Below are positions 1-8,072 of a DNA stretch of 29,940 nt, in pieces. The stretch comes from a virus (lineage: Duplodnaviria > Caudoviricetes), in the IMG/VR virus record IMGVR_UViG_3300046738_000034, positions 1-29,940 of that record; one strand, given 5' to 3'. Each line of letters opens with the position of its first letter. Position 1 is the first letter of the stretch. The position numbers were made by a program, and so were the translations under genes. The notes under the pieces are model-generated. The model had not been told where the DNA came from. It worked only from the letters and a program-made list of their open reading frames with translations, and made no database searches.

Positions 1-124
1 CACGTGGACCATCAAGGGGATCATGACCAACCTCGGCGACGAGTTCCCCTACGACGACAAGATGGCCCGCTCGATGACGGTCAAGGTGAGCGGCAAGCCG
101 ACGCTCGCGGCGACCGGTAGCTGA
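1..124 (+). CDS. Major tail (tube) protein, 3' end (partial)
   Basis: Frame from position 2 reads TWTIKGIMTNLGDEFPYDDKMARSMTVKVSGKPTLAATGS then TGA at 122-124; typical siphovirus tail-tube C-terminus directly upstream of chaperone and tape measure genes. Confidence 0.8.
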   Translation, partial: TWTIKGIMTNLGDEFPYDDKMARSMTVKVSGKPTLAATGS

Positions 125-149
125 CCGAAACGCAAAAGGGAGAGAGACC

Positions 150-545
150 ATGGCACTACTGGGCAGGGAAGAGATTCTCGCGGCCGACGACCGCAAATAC
201 GAGACCGTCGAGTGTCCCGAGTGGGGCGGCGAGGTGCGGCTCAAGTCGATCTCGGGCACGCAGCGGGACGCGTACGAGCAGTCGTTGATCCAGAGCAACG
301 GCAACGACCGCAAGATGAACCTGCGCAACGCCCGCGTGAAGCTGATCGTGCTCTGCGCGGTCGACGCCGAGGGCCGCTCGCTGTTCTCGGCCGAGGACGT
401 GTCGGCGCTCGGCCGCCGGAACGCGGCCCCCATCGACCGCCTCTTCGACACCTGCAAGCGCCTCGCCGGCATGGGTGATGACGACGTTGAGAAGATGACC
501 GAGGATTTCGGAGCGACCCGGGACGAAGACGCTACTTCCGACTAG
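150..545 (+). CDS. Tail assembly chaperone (gpG-like)
   Basis: 131 aa with GGGAGAG RBS; ETVECPEWGGEVRLKSISGTQRD motif; lies between tail tube and tape measure genes. Confidence 0.85.
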   Translation: MALLGREEILAADDRKYETVECPEWGGEVRLKSISGTQRDAYEQSLIQSNGNDRKMNLRNARVKLIVLCAVDAEGRSLFSAEDVSALGRRNAAPIDRLFDTCKRLAGMGDDDVEKMTEDFGATRDEDATSD

Positions 546-865
546 CGCTCGCCCTGGGCTGCACCGTTGAGGAGCTGCTCGCACGGGTCAGCTCCCGCGA
601 GCTGACCGAGTGGCAGGCGTACGAGATGGTCAGCGGGCCGATCGGCGACGAGCGGCTCGACCACCTCTTCGCCATGCTGATGTCGACGCTCGCGAACCTG
701 AACAGGAGCAAGAAGCAGCGCCCCTACGAGCAGAAACAGTTCCTCCCGAAGTGGGGCTACGAGGCCCCGCAACAGGGTCCGATGACCGGTGACGACATGC
801 TGAGGGCGGTCAAGCGCCTCAACAAGCAGATGGGCGGGACGGTGCAGAATGTCGACGCTGGCTGA
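150..865 (+). CDS. Tail assembly chaperone frameshift fusion (gpGT-like), -1 shift near 503-509
   Basis: -1 frame is open from 509 to 865 (RRRYFRLALALGCTVEELLARVSSRELTEWQAYEMVSGPIG...); G GAT TTC heptamer is in frame at 503-509. Confidence 0.75.
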
Positions 866-2789
866 CCTGCTCATCGAGATCGGCATCGACCCCAAGGGCG
901 TCGACAAGGGCGCCGACGCGGTCGAGGGCCGCCTCAAAAAGACGTGGGGCAAGGTGCAGGCGGGGGCGGCCATCGGTGGCGCCCTCATCGGCGCCGCCCT
1001 CATGACCGCCATGGCGGGCGCCCTCGACTCTGAGGCGGCCACCGACAAGCTCGCGGCGCAGCTCGGCGCCGAGGGCAAGGAGGCCGAGAACCTGGGCGCC
1101 CTCGCCGGCTCGCTCTACACGAAGGGTTTCGGCGAGTCGATGGCCGACGTCACCACCGCCATCGGTGCCGTCAAGACGAGCTTCGACCGCCTCGGTAAGG
1201 ACGGCGTCGAGAAGGTCACGGGCAAGGTCATGAATCTGGCCAAGGCCTTCGAGATCGACGTTTCCCGGGCCTCGCAAGTCGCAGGCCAGGCGGTCAAGTC
1301 TGGCCTCGTGAAAGACGCCGATCAGGCGCTCGACCTGCTCACGTACTCGATGCAGCAGGTGCCGGCCGCCGTGCGCGAAGACCTGCTCGACGCGGTCGAC
1401 GAGTACGGCCCCTTCCTGGCGGGCATCGGCGTCAAGGGTGAGCAGGCCTTCGGGCTGCTGGTCAAGAGCGCCGAAAAGGGCATGTACGGCATCGACAAGA
1501 CCGGCGACGCGCTCAAGGAATTCACGATCCGGGCCACCGACATGTCGAAGGCCAGCAAGGTCGGCTACGACGCGCTCGGGCTGTCGCAGGAGGACATGTC
1601 GCGGCGCCTGCTCAAGGGCGGCGACGACGGCGCCAAGGCCTTCGACCAGATCATCAACGGCCTGACCAAGATCAAGGACCCGGTCAAGCAGAGTCAGGCC
1701 GCGCTCGCCCTGTTCGGCACGCCGCTGGAAGACCTGAGCGTGCAGGAGATCCCCAAATTCCTTAAGGGCCTGACGGCGGCCTCGACCGGTATGGACGACG
1801 CCGCGGGCAGCGCTGACCGAATGGGCAAGACACTTAACGATAACGCCAAGACGAAGCTCGAAGGCTTCAAGCGGGCGGCGCAGGGCGCCCTCGTCGAGCA
1901 GCTCGCCAAGGCCATTCCGGTGATCGAGGCCACCTTCGGATTCTTGCAGCGCAACTCGTCGTGGGTCACCCCGCTGGCCATCGGCCTCGGCGCGCTGGCC
2001 GCTGCCATCGGCGTGATGGTCGCCGTCCAGTGGGCGTGGAACGCGGCCCTCGCGCTGTCGCCCGTGACGTGGATCGTGCTCGGCATCGTCGCCCTGATCG
2101 CCGTCATCGTCTACCTCGCCACCAAGACGCAGTTCTTCCAGACCATTTGGGGCGCGGTCTGGGGATTCATGAAAAAGGTGGGCGCTTGGTTCGCGGGCCC
2201 GTTCGCCGGCTTCTTTGTCAAGGTCTGGAATGGCATAGTCGCAGGTGCGAAGTGGGTTTGGAATGCGATGCAATCTTACTTCGGTTTCTGGTGGGGCCTG
2301 CTAGCCAAGCTCAAGGGGTGGGTCGGTAGCGCCATTTCCTGGCTCTGGAATAAGTGGGTCGGATACGTCAATTTCCTGATGTCCATTCCCGGCAAAATCT
2401 CCAACAAATTCCGCAGCATGTGGGACGGCATGAAAGCTGGTTTCCGCGTCGCGATTAACTACGTGATCGGCAAGTGGAACGGATTGCGTTTCACTATCCC
2501 CTCGTTCTCGGTGCTCGGCATGAATTTCGGCGGCGGCTCGATCGGCGTGCCCCGGATCCCGCAGCTCGCGGACGGCGGCCTCGTCAAGGCCCGCAGCGGC
2601 GGCACGCTGGTCAACGTCGGCGAGGGCGGGCAGGACGAGGCGGTCGTGCCGCTCAACCGCGCGGGTGAGGCGCTCGGCGGGCGCGACGCGCCGCCGCCCG
2701 TGCTCGTCATCGAGGGCGCCGAAACCGAGTTCCGGCGCTGGCTCAAAAAGTCGATCCGGGTCAAGGGCCCGATTACGGGGATCGCCTGA
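849..2789 (+). CDS. Tape measure protein
   Basis: 646 aa, Ala/Gly-rich helical, DKTGDALKEF/LFGTPLEDL minor-tail-type core, hydrophobic segment, periodic W/F region, C-terminal LADGG...VGEGGQDEAVVPL motif. Confidence 0.93.
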   Translation: MSTLADLLIEIGIDPKGVDKGADAVEGRLKKTWGKVQAGAAIGGALIGAALMTAMAGALDSEAATDKLAAQLGAEGKEAENLGALAGSLYTKGFGESMADVTTAIGAVKTSFDRLGKDGVEKVTGKVMNLAKAFEIDVSRASQVAGQAVKSGLVKDADQALDLLTYSMQQVPAAVREDLLDAVDEYGPFLAGIGVKGEQAFGLLVKSAEKGMYGIDKTGDALKEFTIRATDMSKASKVGYDALGLSQEDMSRRLLKGGDDGAKAFDQIINGLTKIKDPVKQSQAALALFGTPLEDLSVQEIPKFLKGLTAASTGMDDAAGSADRMGKTLNDNAKTKLEGFKRAAQGALVEQLAKAIPVIEATFGFLQRNSSWVTPLAIGLGALAAAIGVMVAVQWAWNAALALSPVTWIVLGIVALIAVIVYLATKTQFFQTIWGAVWGFMKKVGAWFAGPFAGFFVKVWNGIVAGAKWVWNAMQSYFGFWWGLLAKLKGWVGSAISWLWNKWVGYVNFLMSIPGKISNKFRSMWDGMKAGFRVAINYVIGKWNGLRFTIPSFSVLGMNFGGGSIGVPRIPQLADGGLVKARSGGTLVNVGEGGQDEAVVPLNRAGEALGGRDAPPPVLVIEGAETEFRRWLKKSIRVKGPITGIA

Positions 2790-5479
2790 TGCCGGCCGAC
2801 ATCGACCTCCGGGTCGACATTGCACCCGACGCCGACCCGGATGGCGCCTCGTCGGCGTGGACGTGGCGCGACGTATCGGCATACCGGCGCCAGGCGGCCG
2901 ACGTCGAACTCAACACGGGCCGCGACGACGAGGCCAGCGACGTCGAGGCGGGCGACTCCAACCTTGTCGCCAACCTGCGCGACGGCCTGCTCTCGCCGCG
3001 CAACCCGCTCAGCGAGCTGTATGGCCGCATCGGCGTCAACACCCCGATTCGCTACCGCCTGCCTATCGCCCGGGACGACTTCAGTAACCGGACCATCGCC
3101 GCCAATGGTGGTTGGGGCACGTCCTCGGGCGGGCAGACGTGGACGCACCTCGGCGGCGGGTGGTCGGTGCAGTCGGGCGCGGGCTTGATGGCGCTCGCCT
3201 CGGCCAACCTCGCCAACCCGATCACACTCGGCGGCGCCGCCGCGCTGGATTTCGAGTACGTCTACTCGGTGGCACTGAGCGCGGTCACCACGGGTGCGCC
3301 GTGGATCTCGATTGCCCGTTTCCGCATGGTGGACGAGTCGAACCATTACCGGGTTTACACCGAGCTCAAGCCGGCGGGTGTGGTTACGGTCAAGATCGTC
3401 CGGACGGTCGCAGGCCTCAACACCACCCTGATCGAGAATCTGATCACCGCAGCGACCTACTCGGCCGGCAGCAAGGTGTGGACCAAGATTCGCGTACAGG
3501 GCAACACGATCCGCGCGAAGGTGTGGTCGGGCCTCGTGACCGCCGAGCCGCTGGCGTGGGACGTGGCGGTTAACGACGCCGTCCTTGAGGGCGCGGGCTT
3601 CGGCATGTATCACTGGCGCTTCGTGGGTAACACCAACGTAGGCACCCTGACCGCCTCGATCGACGATTTCAGCATCGACGCCCTGCTCTGGACGGGCAAC
3701 GTGCCCGAGTGGCCGCCCACGTGGGACAAGAGCGGCCGAGACTCCACGATCCCGCTGGCCGCTGCGGGCCCGATGCGCCGGCTGGACGTCGGTCGCGAGC
3801 CGTTGCAGTCGCCGCTGCGCCGCCAGCTCCCGAGCTACGGCCCTTCCGGGTACTGGCCCTTCGAGGACGCCGAAGGCTCGGCCACGGCCGCCTCAGCCCT
3901 GCCGCGAGGCCACGCCGCACAGGTCAAGGGTGTCACGTTTGCGGCCGACAGCGACAACCTGCTCGGCGCCTCGACCATGGCCAAGCTGGACGCCACCAGC
4001 AGCTCAGTGATCATGCAGGTCACGGCCGACTCGACCACGAGTATTCAGTGCCTCGGCTTTTTCAAGTTCGCGGCGCTGCCGGCCGCAGATACCTGCCTCG
4101 TCGAGTACCGGACCGGGGGGACCATCGCGCGGTGGCGGATCATCGCCACCAACCTCGGTTTCTACGTCGAGGGCTACAACGGCGACGGCACCAAGCTCGT
4201 CGACTCGGTGCTCGCGGTCTACGTGATCGACCCGCGCAAGGTGTTCTCGATCAGCTTTCAGGCGAGCCAGAGCGGCGGCAATATCACGTGGGCCATCGTG
4301 TGGAATCAGGTCGGCGTCGATACGTGGTGGACGATCGGCGCGACGGTTGCGGGCACTGCGGGCCGCATCAACGAGGGGCGCCTGATCGGCGCCACGGCGC
4401 TTGTCGACATGCTCTTCGGGCACTTCTGGCTCGGCCCGCAGGTGCTCCCCTACGTCACGGATAGCTTCCTGCTGGTGGCCGATGGCTATCGCAACGAAGA
4501 GGCTGCCGACCGGATAGTGCGGCTCGCCAACGAGGAGGGCGTCGTCATGGCCAACAAGCCGACAACGATCTCCGAGCCGATGGGGCGGCAGCTCCCCGGG
4601 CGATTCCTCGACCTGCTGCGCGAGGCCGCCAAGGTCGACGGCGGAGTGCTGGCCGAGCGCGCGGGCGGCCTGACCTACATTCCCCGGACGGTGCAGTACA
4701 ACGCGCCCGTGGCCATGGTGCTCGATTGGGCGGGCGGCGACCTCGGCGAGGCCCCGAAGCCGACCGACGACGACCAGCGCCTGCGCAACCGCTGGACGGT
4801 CTCGCGCATCGGCGGCTCGTCAGCGACGTATCAGAATGACGAATCCGTTGCGCGGCACGGCGTCATGCCCGACTCGACCGATATCAACATCGTCGCCGAC
4901 TACCGGCTCGCCAACTGGGCAAGCTGGCAGACCGCGCTCACGTCGCTCGACGAGCTGCGCTGGCCCGTGATCGAGCTGGACCTTGTCGGCAACCCGGGCC
5001 TGCGCACGCAGTTCTTGGCCTGCCGCATCGGCTCGCGGATCCAGATCGTCAACCCCAAGGCGCAGATCGCCGGGACCGTGATCGACCTGTTCATCGAGGG
5101 CATCAAGCAGAAGATCGGCCGGCACTGCTGGGACGTGACTCTCGCCTGCTCGCCGGCTGACGTCTACCGCGTCGCCACGTGGGCGGAAGACCGCTCGCGC
5201 TACGACGCCAAGACGACCACGCTGGCCGAAGCCATGACGCTGACCGAGACCCTGTGGGACATCACCACTGTGCGGCGCCGGGACATCTGGTCTCGGAACA
5301 CGCCCTACACGTGGAAGGTCGGCGGCGAGGTGGTCACCGTGACTGCCATGACGGCGGCGACCGGAACGGGCCCGTTCCTACAGACCGCCACCGTGACCCG
5401 GTCGGTAAACGGCATCGTCAAGACGCACGCCATCGGCGAGCCCGTGCACCTCGCGACCCCCGTACGATGGGCGCTCTAG
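2789..5479 (+). CDS. Large minor tail / tail-tip protein with beta-sandwich (lectin/LamG-like) domains
   Basis: 896 aa, TGATG-coupled to the tape measure gene; Trp/Thr/Gly-rich beta regions; YWPFED motif. Confidence 0.8.
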   Translation: MPADIDLRVDIAPDADPDGASSAWTWRDVSAYRRQAADVELNTGRDDEASDVEAGDSNLVANLRDGLLSPRNPLSELYGRIGVNTPIRYRLPIARDDFSNRTIAANGGWGTSSGGQTWTHLGGGWSVQSGAGLMALASANLANPITLGGAAALDFEYVYSVALSAVTTGAPWISIARFRMVDESNHYRVYTELKPAGVVTVKIVRTVAGLNTTLIENLITAATYSAGSKVWTKIRVQGNTIRAKVWSGLVTAEPLAWDVAVNDAVLEGAGFGMYHWRFVGNTNVGTLTASIDDFSIDALLWTGNVPEWPPTWDKSGRDSTIPLAAAGPMRRLDVGREPLQSPLRRQLPSYGPSGYWPFEDAEGSATAASALPRGHAAQVKGVTFAADSDNLLGASTMAKLDATSSSVIMQVTADSTTSIQCLGFFKFAALPAADTCLVEYRTGGTIARWRIIATNLGFYVEGYNGDGTKLVDSVLAVYVIDPRKVFSISFQASQSGGNITWAIVWNQVGVDTWWTIGATVAGTAGRINEGRLIGATALVDMLFGHFWLGPQVLPYVTDSFLLVADGYRNEEAADRIVRLANEEGVVMANKPTTISEPMGRQLPGRFLDLLREAAKVDGGVLAERAGGLTYIPRTVQYNAPVAMVLDWAGGDLGEAPKPTDDDQRLRNRWTVSRIGGSSATYQNDESVARHGVMPDSTDINIVADYRLANWASWQTALTSLDELRWPVIELDLVGNPGLRTQFLACRIGSRIQIVNPKAQIAGTVIDLFIEGIKQKIGRHCWDVTLACSPADVYRVATWAEDRSRYDAKTTTLAEAMTLTETLWDITTVRRRDIWSRNTPYTWKVGGEVVTVTAMTAATGTGPFLQTATVTRSVNGIVKTHAIGEPVHLATPVRWAL

Positions 5480-5495
5480 GGAGAGAGGGGCAGTC

Positions 5496-5981
5496 ATGCC
5501 AGCAGCCGGCGAGGTCGTTTACATCGAGGAAATCCCGCACATGGTCGCCCGCGGCAACCGTGGCGGCGCGCCCGCGAGCGGCTCGCCAGTATCCGGCACT
5601 GAGGCGGGCGTGCTGCGTGTCGACGGCGTCAACCTCATCGGCGGCCACTCGTACATGGTGATCGTCGACCACCTGCGGGCCGACGTGAACGCCAGCACCG
5701 ACCGGGCCAAGTTCACGCTCAGGTGGTCCGATACCGGCTCGGCGGCGACCACCAGCTCGGCCGAGCTCGGTCGCACCGAGGCCGCCGCCACCGACCTCAA
5801 CAGCCTCGGCGTGATCATCGGATGGATCCACCCGGCGACCGACGTTTCGGGCGCCTCGTTCATCTTGACGTATACCCGCATCGGCTCAGGCGCAACGCAG
5901 GTGCTCGCCGACACGGGCGGCATCAACATCACGATCATCGACGTCAACCTCACCGTGCCGGATACAGGCACCGACCTGTAG
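5496..5981 (+). CDS. Minor tail protein (beta-rich)
   Basis: 161 aa with GAGAGGGG RBS; last gene of tail block before the lysin. Confidence 0.6.
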   Translation: MPAAGEVVYIEEIPHMVARGNRGGAPASGSPVSGTEAGVLRVDGVNLIGGHSYMVIVDHLRADVNASTDRAKFTLRWSDTGSAATTSSAELGRTEAAATDLNSLGVIIGWIHPATDVSGASFILTYTRIGSGATQVLADTGGINITIIDVNLTVPDTGTDL

Positions 5982-6047
5982 CCGCACCGCTGCCCGCGTA
6001 CCCTCGAAGTGCGGCCACACTTCGTGGCCCGGGAGAGGGGGCAGCAG

Positions 6048-6995
6048 GTGGCAAGCTGGATTCTCGTGCCGTGCCTGGTCTCGCTGCGCAACGAGTTCAA
6101 CGAGCTGTCGCCGGACCGCGACAAGGCGTCTGACGGCTCGATCGGCGACACGGGCCACGCGGCCAGCAGCAGCGACCACAACCCGGACGAGACCGGGAAC
6201 ACGCCCTACGAGGACGCCGACAGCACCGACGAGGTGCACGCGATCGATGTCGACGACAACCTGCGCAAGGCGGGCGTCTCGATGCAGAGCCGCGTCGACA
6301 TCATCGTCACGCGGCACCGCGAGGGGCGTGACAATCGTCTACAGAACGTGATCTACGACCGGCGCATCTGGTCGGCCTCGTGGGGCTGGACGGCGCGCAG
6401 CTACACGGGCAAGAACGCGCACACCGAGCACGCCCATTTCAGTGCCCGGTACACCACCGCGCAGGAGAACGACACGCGGCCGTGGGGGCTGCTCGAAGAG
6501 GGGGACGAAGTGAGTCAGGCAGACGTCATCGCGGCGCTCAACAGCGACGCCGGCAAGGCCGCCATTTACGCGGCGGTCAACGGCGACAAGGTGCAGGCCT
6601 ACAACACCAACGGCGACAGCCTGGCGCAGGTCGCTCGGCCGGCAAGCGGGACCGACAACGGCCTCATGACCTGGGCTTCCGCGCTGGCCTTCGCGGTCAA
6701 GAACACGGACTTTCTCAAGGCGCTCGGCCTCAAGACCGACGACAAGGTCGACGCTCTGCTGACCCTGACCAAGGCGGTTGCGGCCACGCTCAACCGTCAG
6801 GGCGCCGAGGACGACGAGGAGCTGACGGCCGTTCTGGCGCGGCTCGACGAGCTGCAGGCGGGCACGATCGAGGGCGTCCTCAACGGCCTCGGCACGAGCC
6901 AGTCGGACGCCGAGGCGGCCGAGCTGCTGCGCTCGATCTACGGCGCCGACCGCGCCGCGAGCATCGCCGACCTGCTCCTCGCAAAGCCTGCCTGA
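6048..6995 (+). CDS. Endolysin, N-terminal M15-like Zn peptidase domain plus helical C-terminal domain
   Basis: GTG at 6048 behind GAGAGGGGG; SDGSIGD..H...SDHNPD, VHAIDVD and HTEHAHFS (HxH) motifs as in actinophage lysins; position after tail genes. Confidence 0.8.
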   Translation: MASWILVPCLVSLRNEFNELSPDRDKASDGSIGDTGHAASSSDHNPDETGNTPYEDADSTDEVHAIDVDDNLRKAGVSMQSRVDIIVTRHREGRDNRLQNVIYDRRIWSASWGWTARSYTGKNAHTEHAHFSARYTTAQENDTRPWGLLEEGDEVSQADVIAALNSDAGKAAIYAAVNGDKVQAYNTNGDSLAQVARPASGTDNGLMTWASALAFAVKNTDFLKALGLKTDDKVDALLTLTKAVAATLNRQGAEDDEELTAVLARLDELQAGTIEGVLNGLGTSQSDAEAAELLRSIYGADRAASIADLLLAKPA

Positions 6996-7063
6996 TAGGG
7001 CGGAATGGTAAGGATCGACCGACAGTCACGGTCCGTACTGTTTCGCATAAGGTGGCCTTAAGA

Positions 7064-7097
7064 ATTGCCCCGGGAATCACCTACGTCCCGGGGCAAT
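7064..7097. terminator. 12-bp inverted repeat after the endolysin gene
   Basis: ATTGCCCCGGGA-N10-TCCCGGGGCAAT. Confidence 0.45.
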
Positions 7098-7171
7098 CCG
7101 CATCAACGAGGCGCCCCTCGGGTAGCTTGACCCTCAAGCGTCCGACGTCAGCCTAGATAGGTGGATCATGA

Positions 7172-7459
7172 GTGAGCGCACAGTCGCAGGAATCGCGGGT
7201 GTTACCGCCCTGGTGGGTCGTCACCCGGGACGTGGCGCTCTTCGTGGCGGGCCTCGTGCTGGTGTTCTGGGAGGTATCCCGTCCGGAGATCAGAGACGCG
7301 GTGCTGATTCTCGGGGGGTCGCTACTGGGCGGGCCGACAGCAGCGCTCGGCGCAACGTCGCTCGCGCAGGCACTCCGAGGTGGTACCGGGTCGCCGTCCT
7401 CGCCGTCAGTGGCGGATCCAGCGCCGCCGTCCTCGGCGTCGCCGTCGTCCGGAGCGTGA
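7172..7459 (+). CDS. Small two-TM membrane protein (lysis cassette)
   Basis: VALFVAGLVLVFW and AVLILGGSLLGG hydrophobic segments, Ser/Pro-rich tail. Confidence 0.65.
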   Translation: MSAQSQESRVLPPWWVVTRDVALFVAGLVLVFWEVSRPEIRDAVLILGGSLLGGPTAALGATSLAQALRGGTGSPSSPSVADPAPPSSASPSSGA

Positions 7460-7463
7460 TCGG

Positions 7464-7814
7464 ATGACGCAGCAGCCCCCGCGCAGGACGATCGCCGTTC
7501 CGGTCTACTGGCTCGCCGTCGTGATGATCTCGATCGCCGCCATGGTGGTCGTCTCGGCAGTGATCTCGACCGCGCTCGCCGACCGCAACGCCCGCGCGCT
7601 CGTGGCCCGGTACGAGGCCGATAAGGCGGCGACCGCGGCGGCCGACGAGAAGGAAAAGGCGGCGACCGCCGAGGCCAACAGGCAGTTTTACTGCGCCCTG
7701 TTCTCCTCGCAGCTCGACGCCTTCGCGACGGCGACCACCCCGGCCGGCAAGAAGAGCTACGACGGGTGGCTCGGCGTCTACCGGATCGCGCGCTGCCAGC
7801 CGGCGAGAGACTGA
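7464..7814 (+). CDS. Membrane-anchored helical protein (lysis cassette)
   Basis: ATG at 7464; TM segment YWLAVVMISIAAMVVVSAVI, then charged helix and two Cys. Confidence 0.7.
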   Translation: MTQQPPRRTIAVPVYWLAVVMISIAAMVVVSAVISTALADRNARALVARYEADKAATAAADEKEKAATAEANRQFYCALFSSQLDAFATATTPAGKKSYDGWLGVYRIARCQPARD

Positions 7815-7835
7815 CAGGCGGCGTACCCTGCGGTT

Positions 7836-8072
7836 ATGAAGACCTACGGACGTAATTTCTGGCGGCAGGCGGTCGAGCGGGCGGTCAAGACCGCAGCGCA
7901 GGCCGCCCTGCTGACCGTGCCGGCCGACGTCGCGAACGTCGTGCACCAGAGCCCCGGGCTGATCCTGAGCGCCCTTGCCGGCGGCGCGCTGTTGTCCCTG
8001 CTGACGTCGGTGGCCACGGCCCCCGTGGGTCCGAAGGACACCCCGAGCACCGTGGCCACCACCAACCCCTAG
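7836..8072 (+). CDS. Holin, r1t-like family
   Basis: FWRQAVERAVKTAAQA ... ALLSLLTSVA motif pair characteristic of r1t-type holins. Confidence 0.85.
   Translation: MKTYGRNFWRQAVERAVKTAAQAALLTVPADVANVVHQSPGLILSALAGGALLSLLTSVATAPVGPKDTPSTVATTNP

Noticed and set aside
7168-7467. Alternative ATG ORF overlapping 7172-7459
   Set aside because: R/G-rich composition without a clear domain; the 7172 frame gives a sensible two-TM protein
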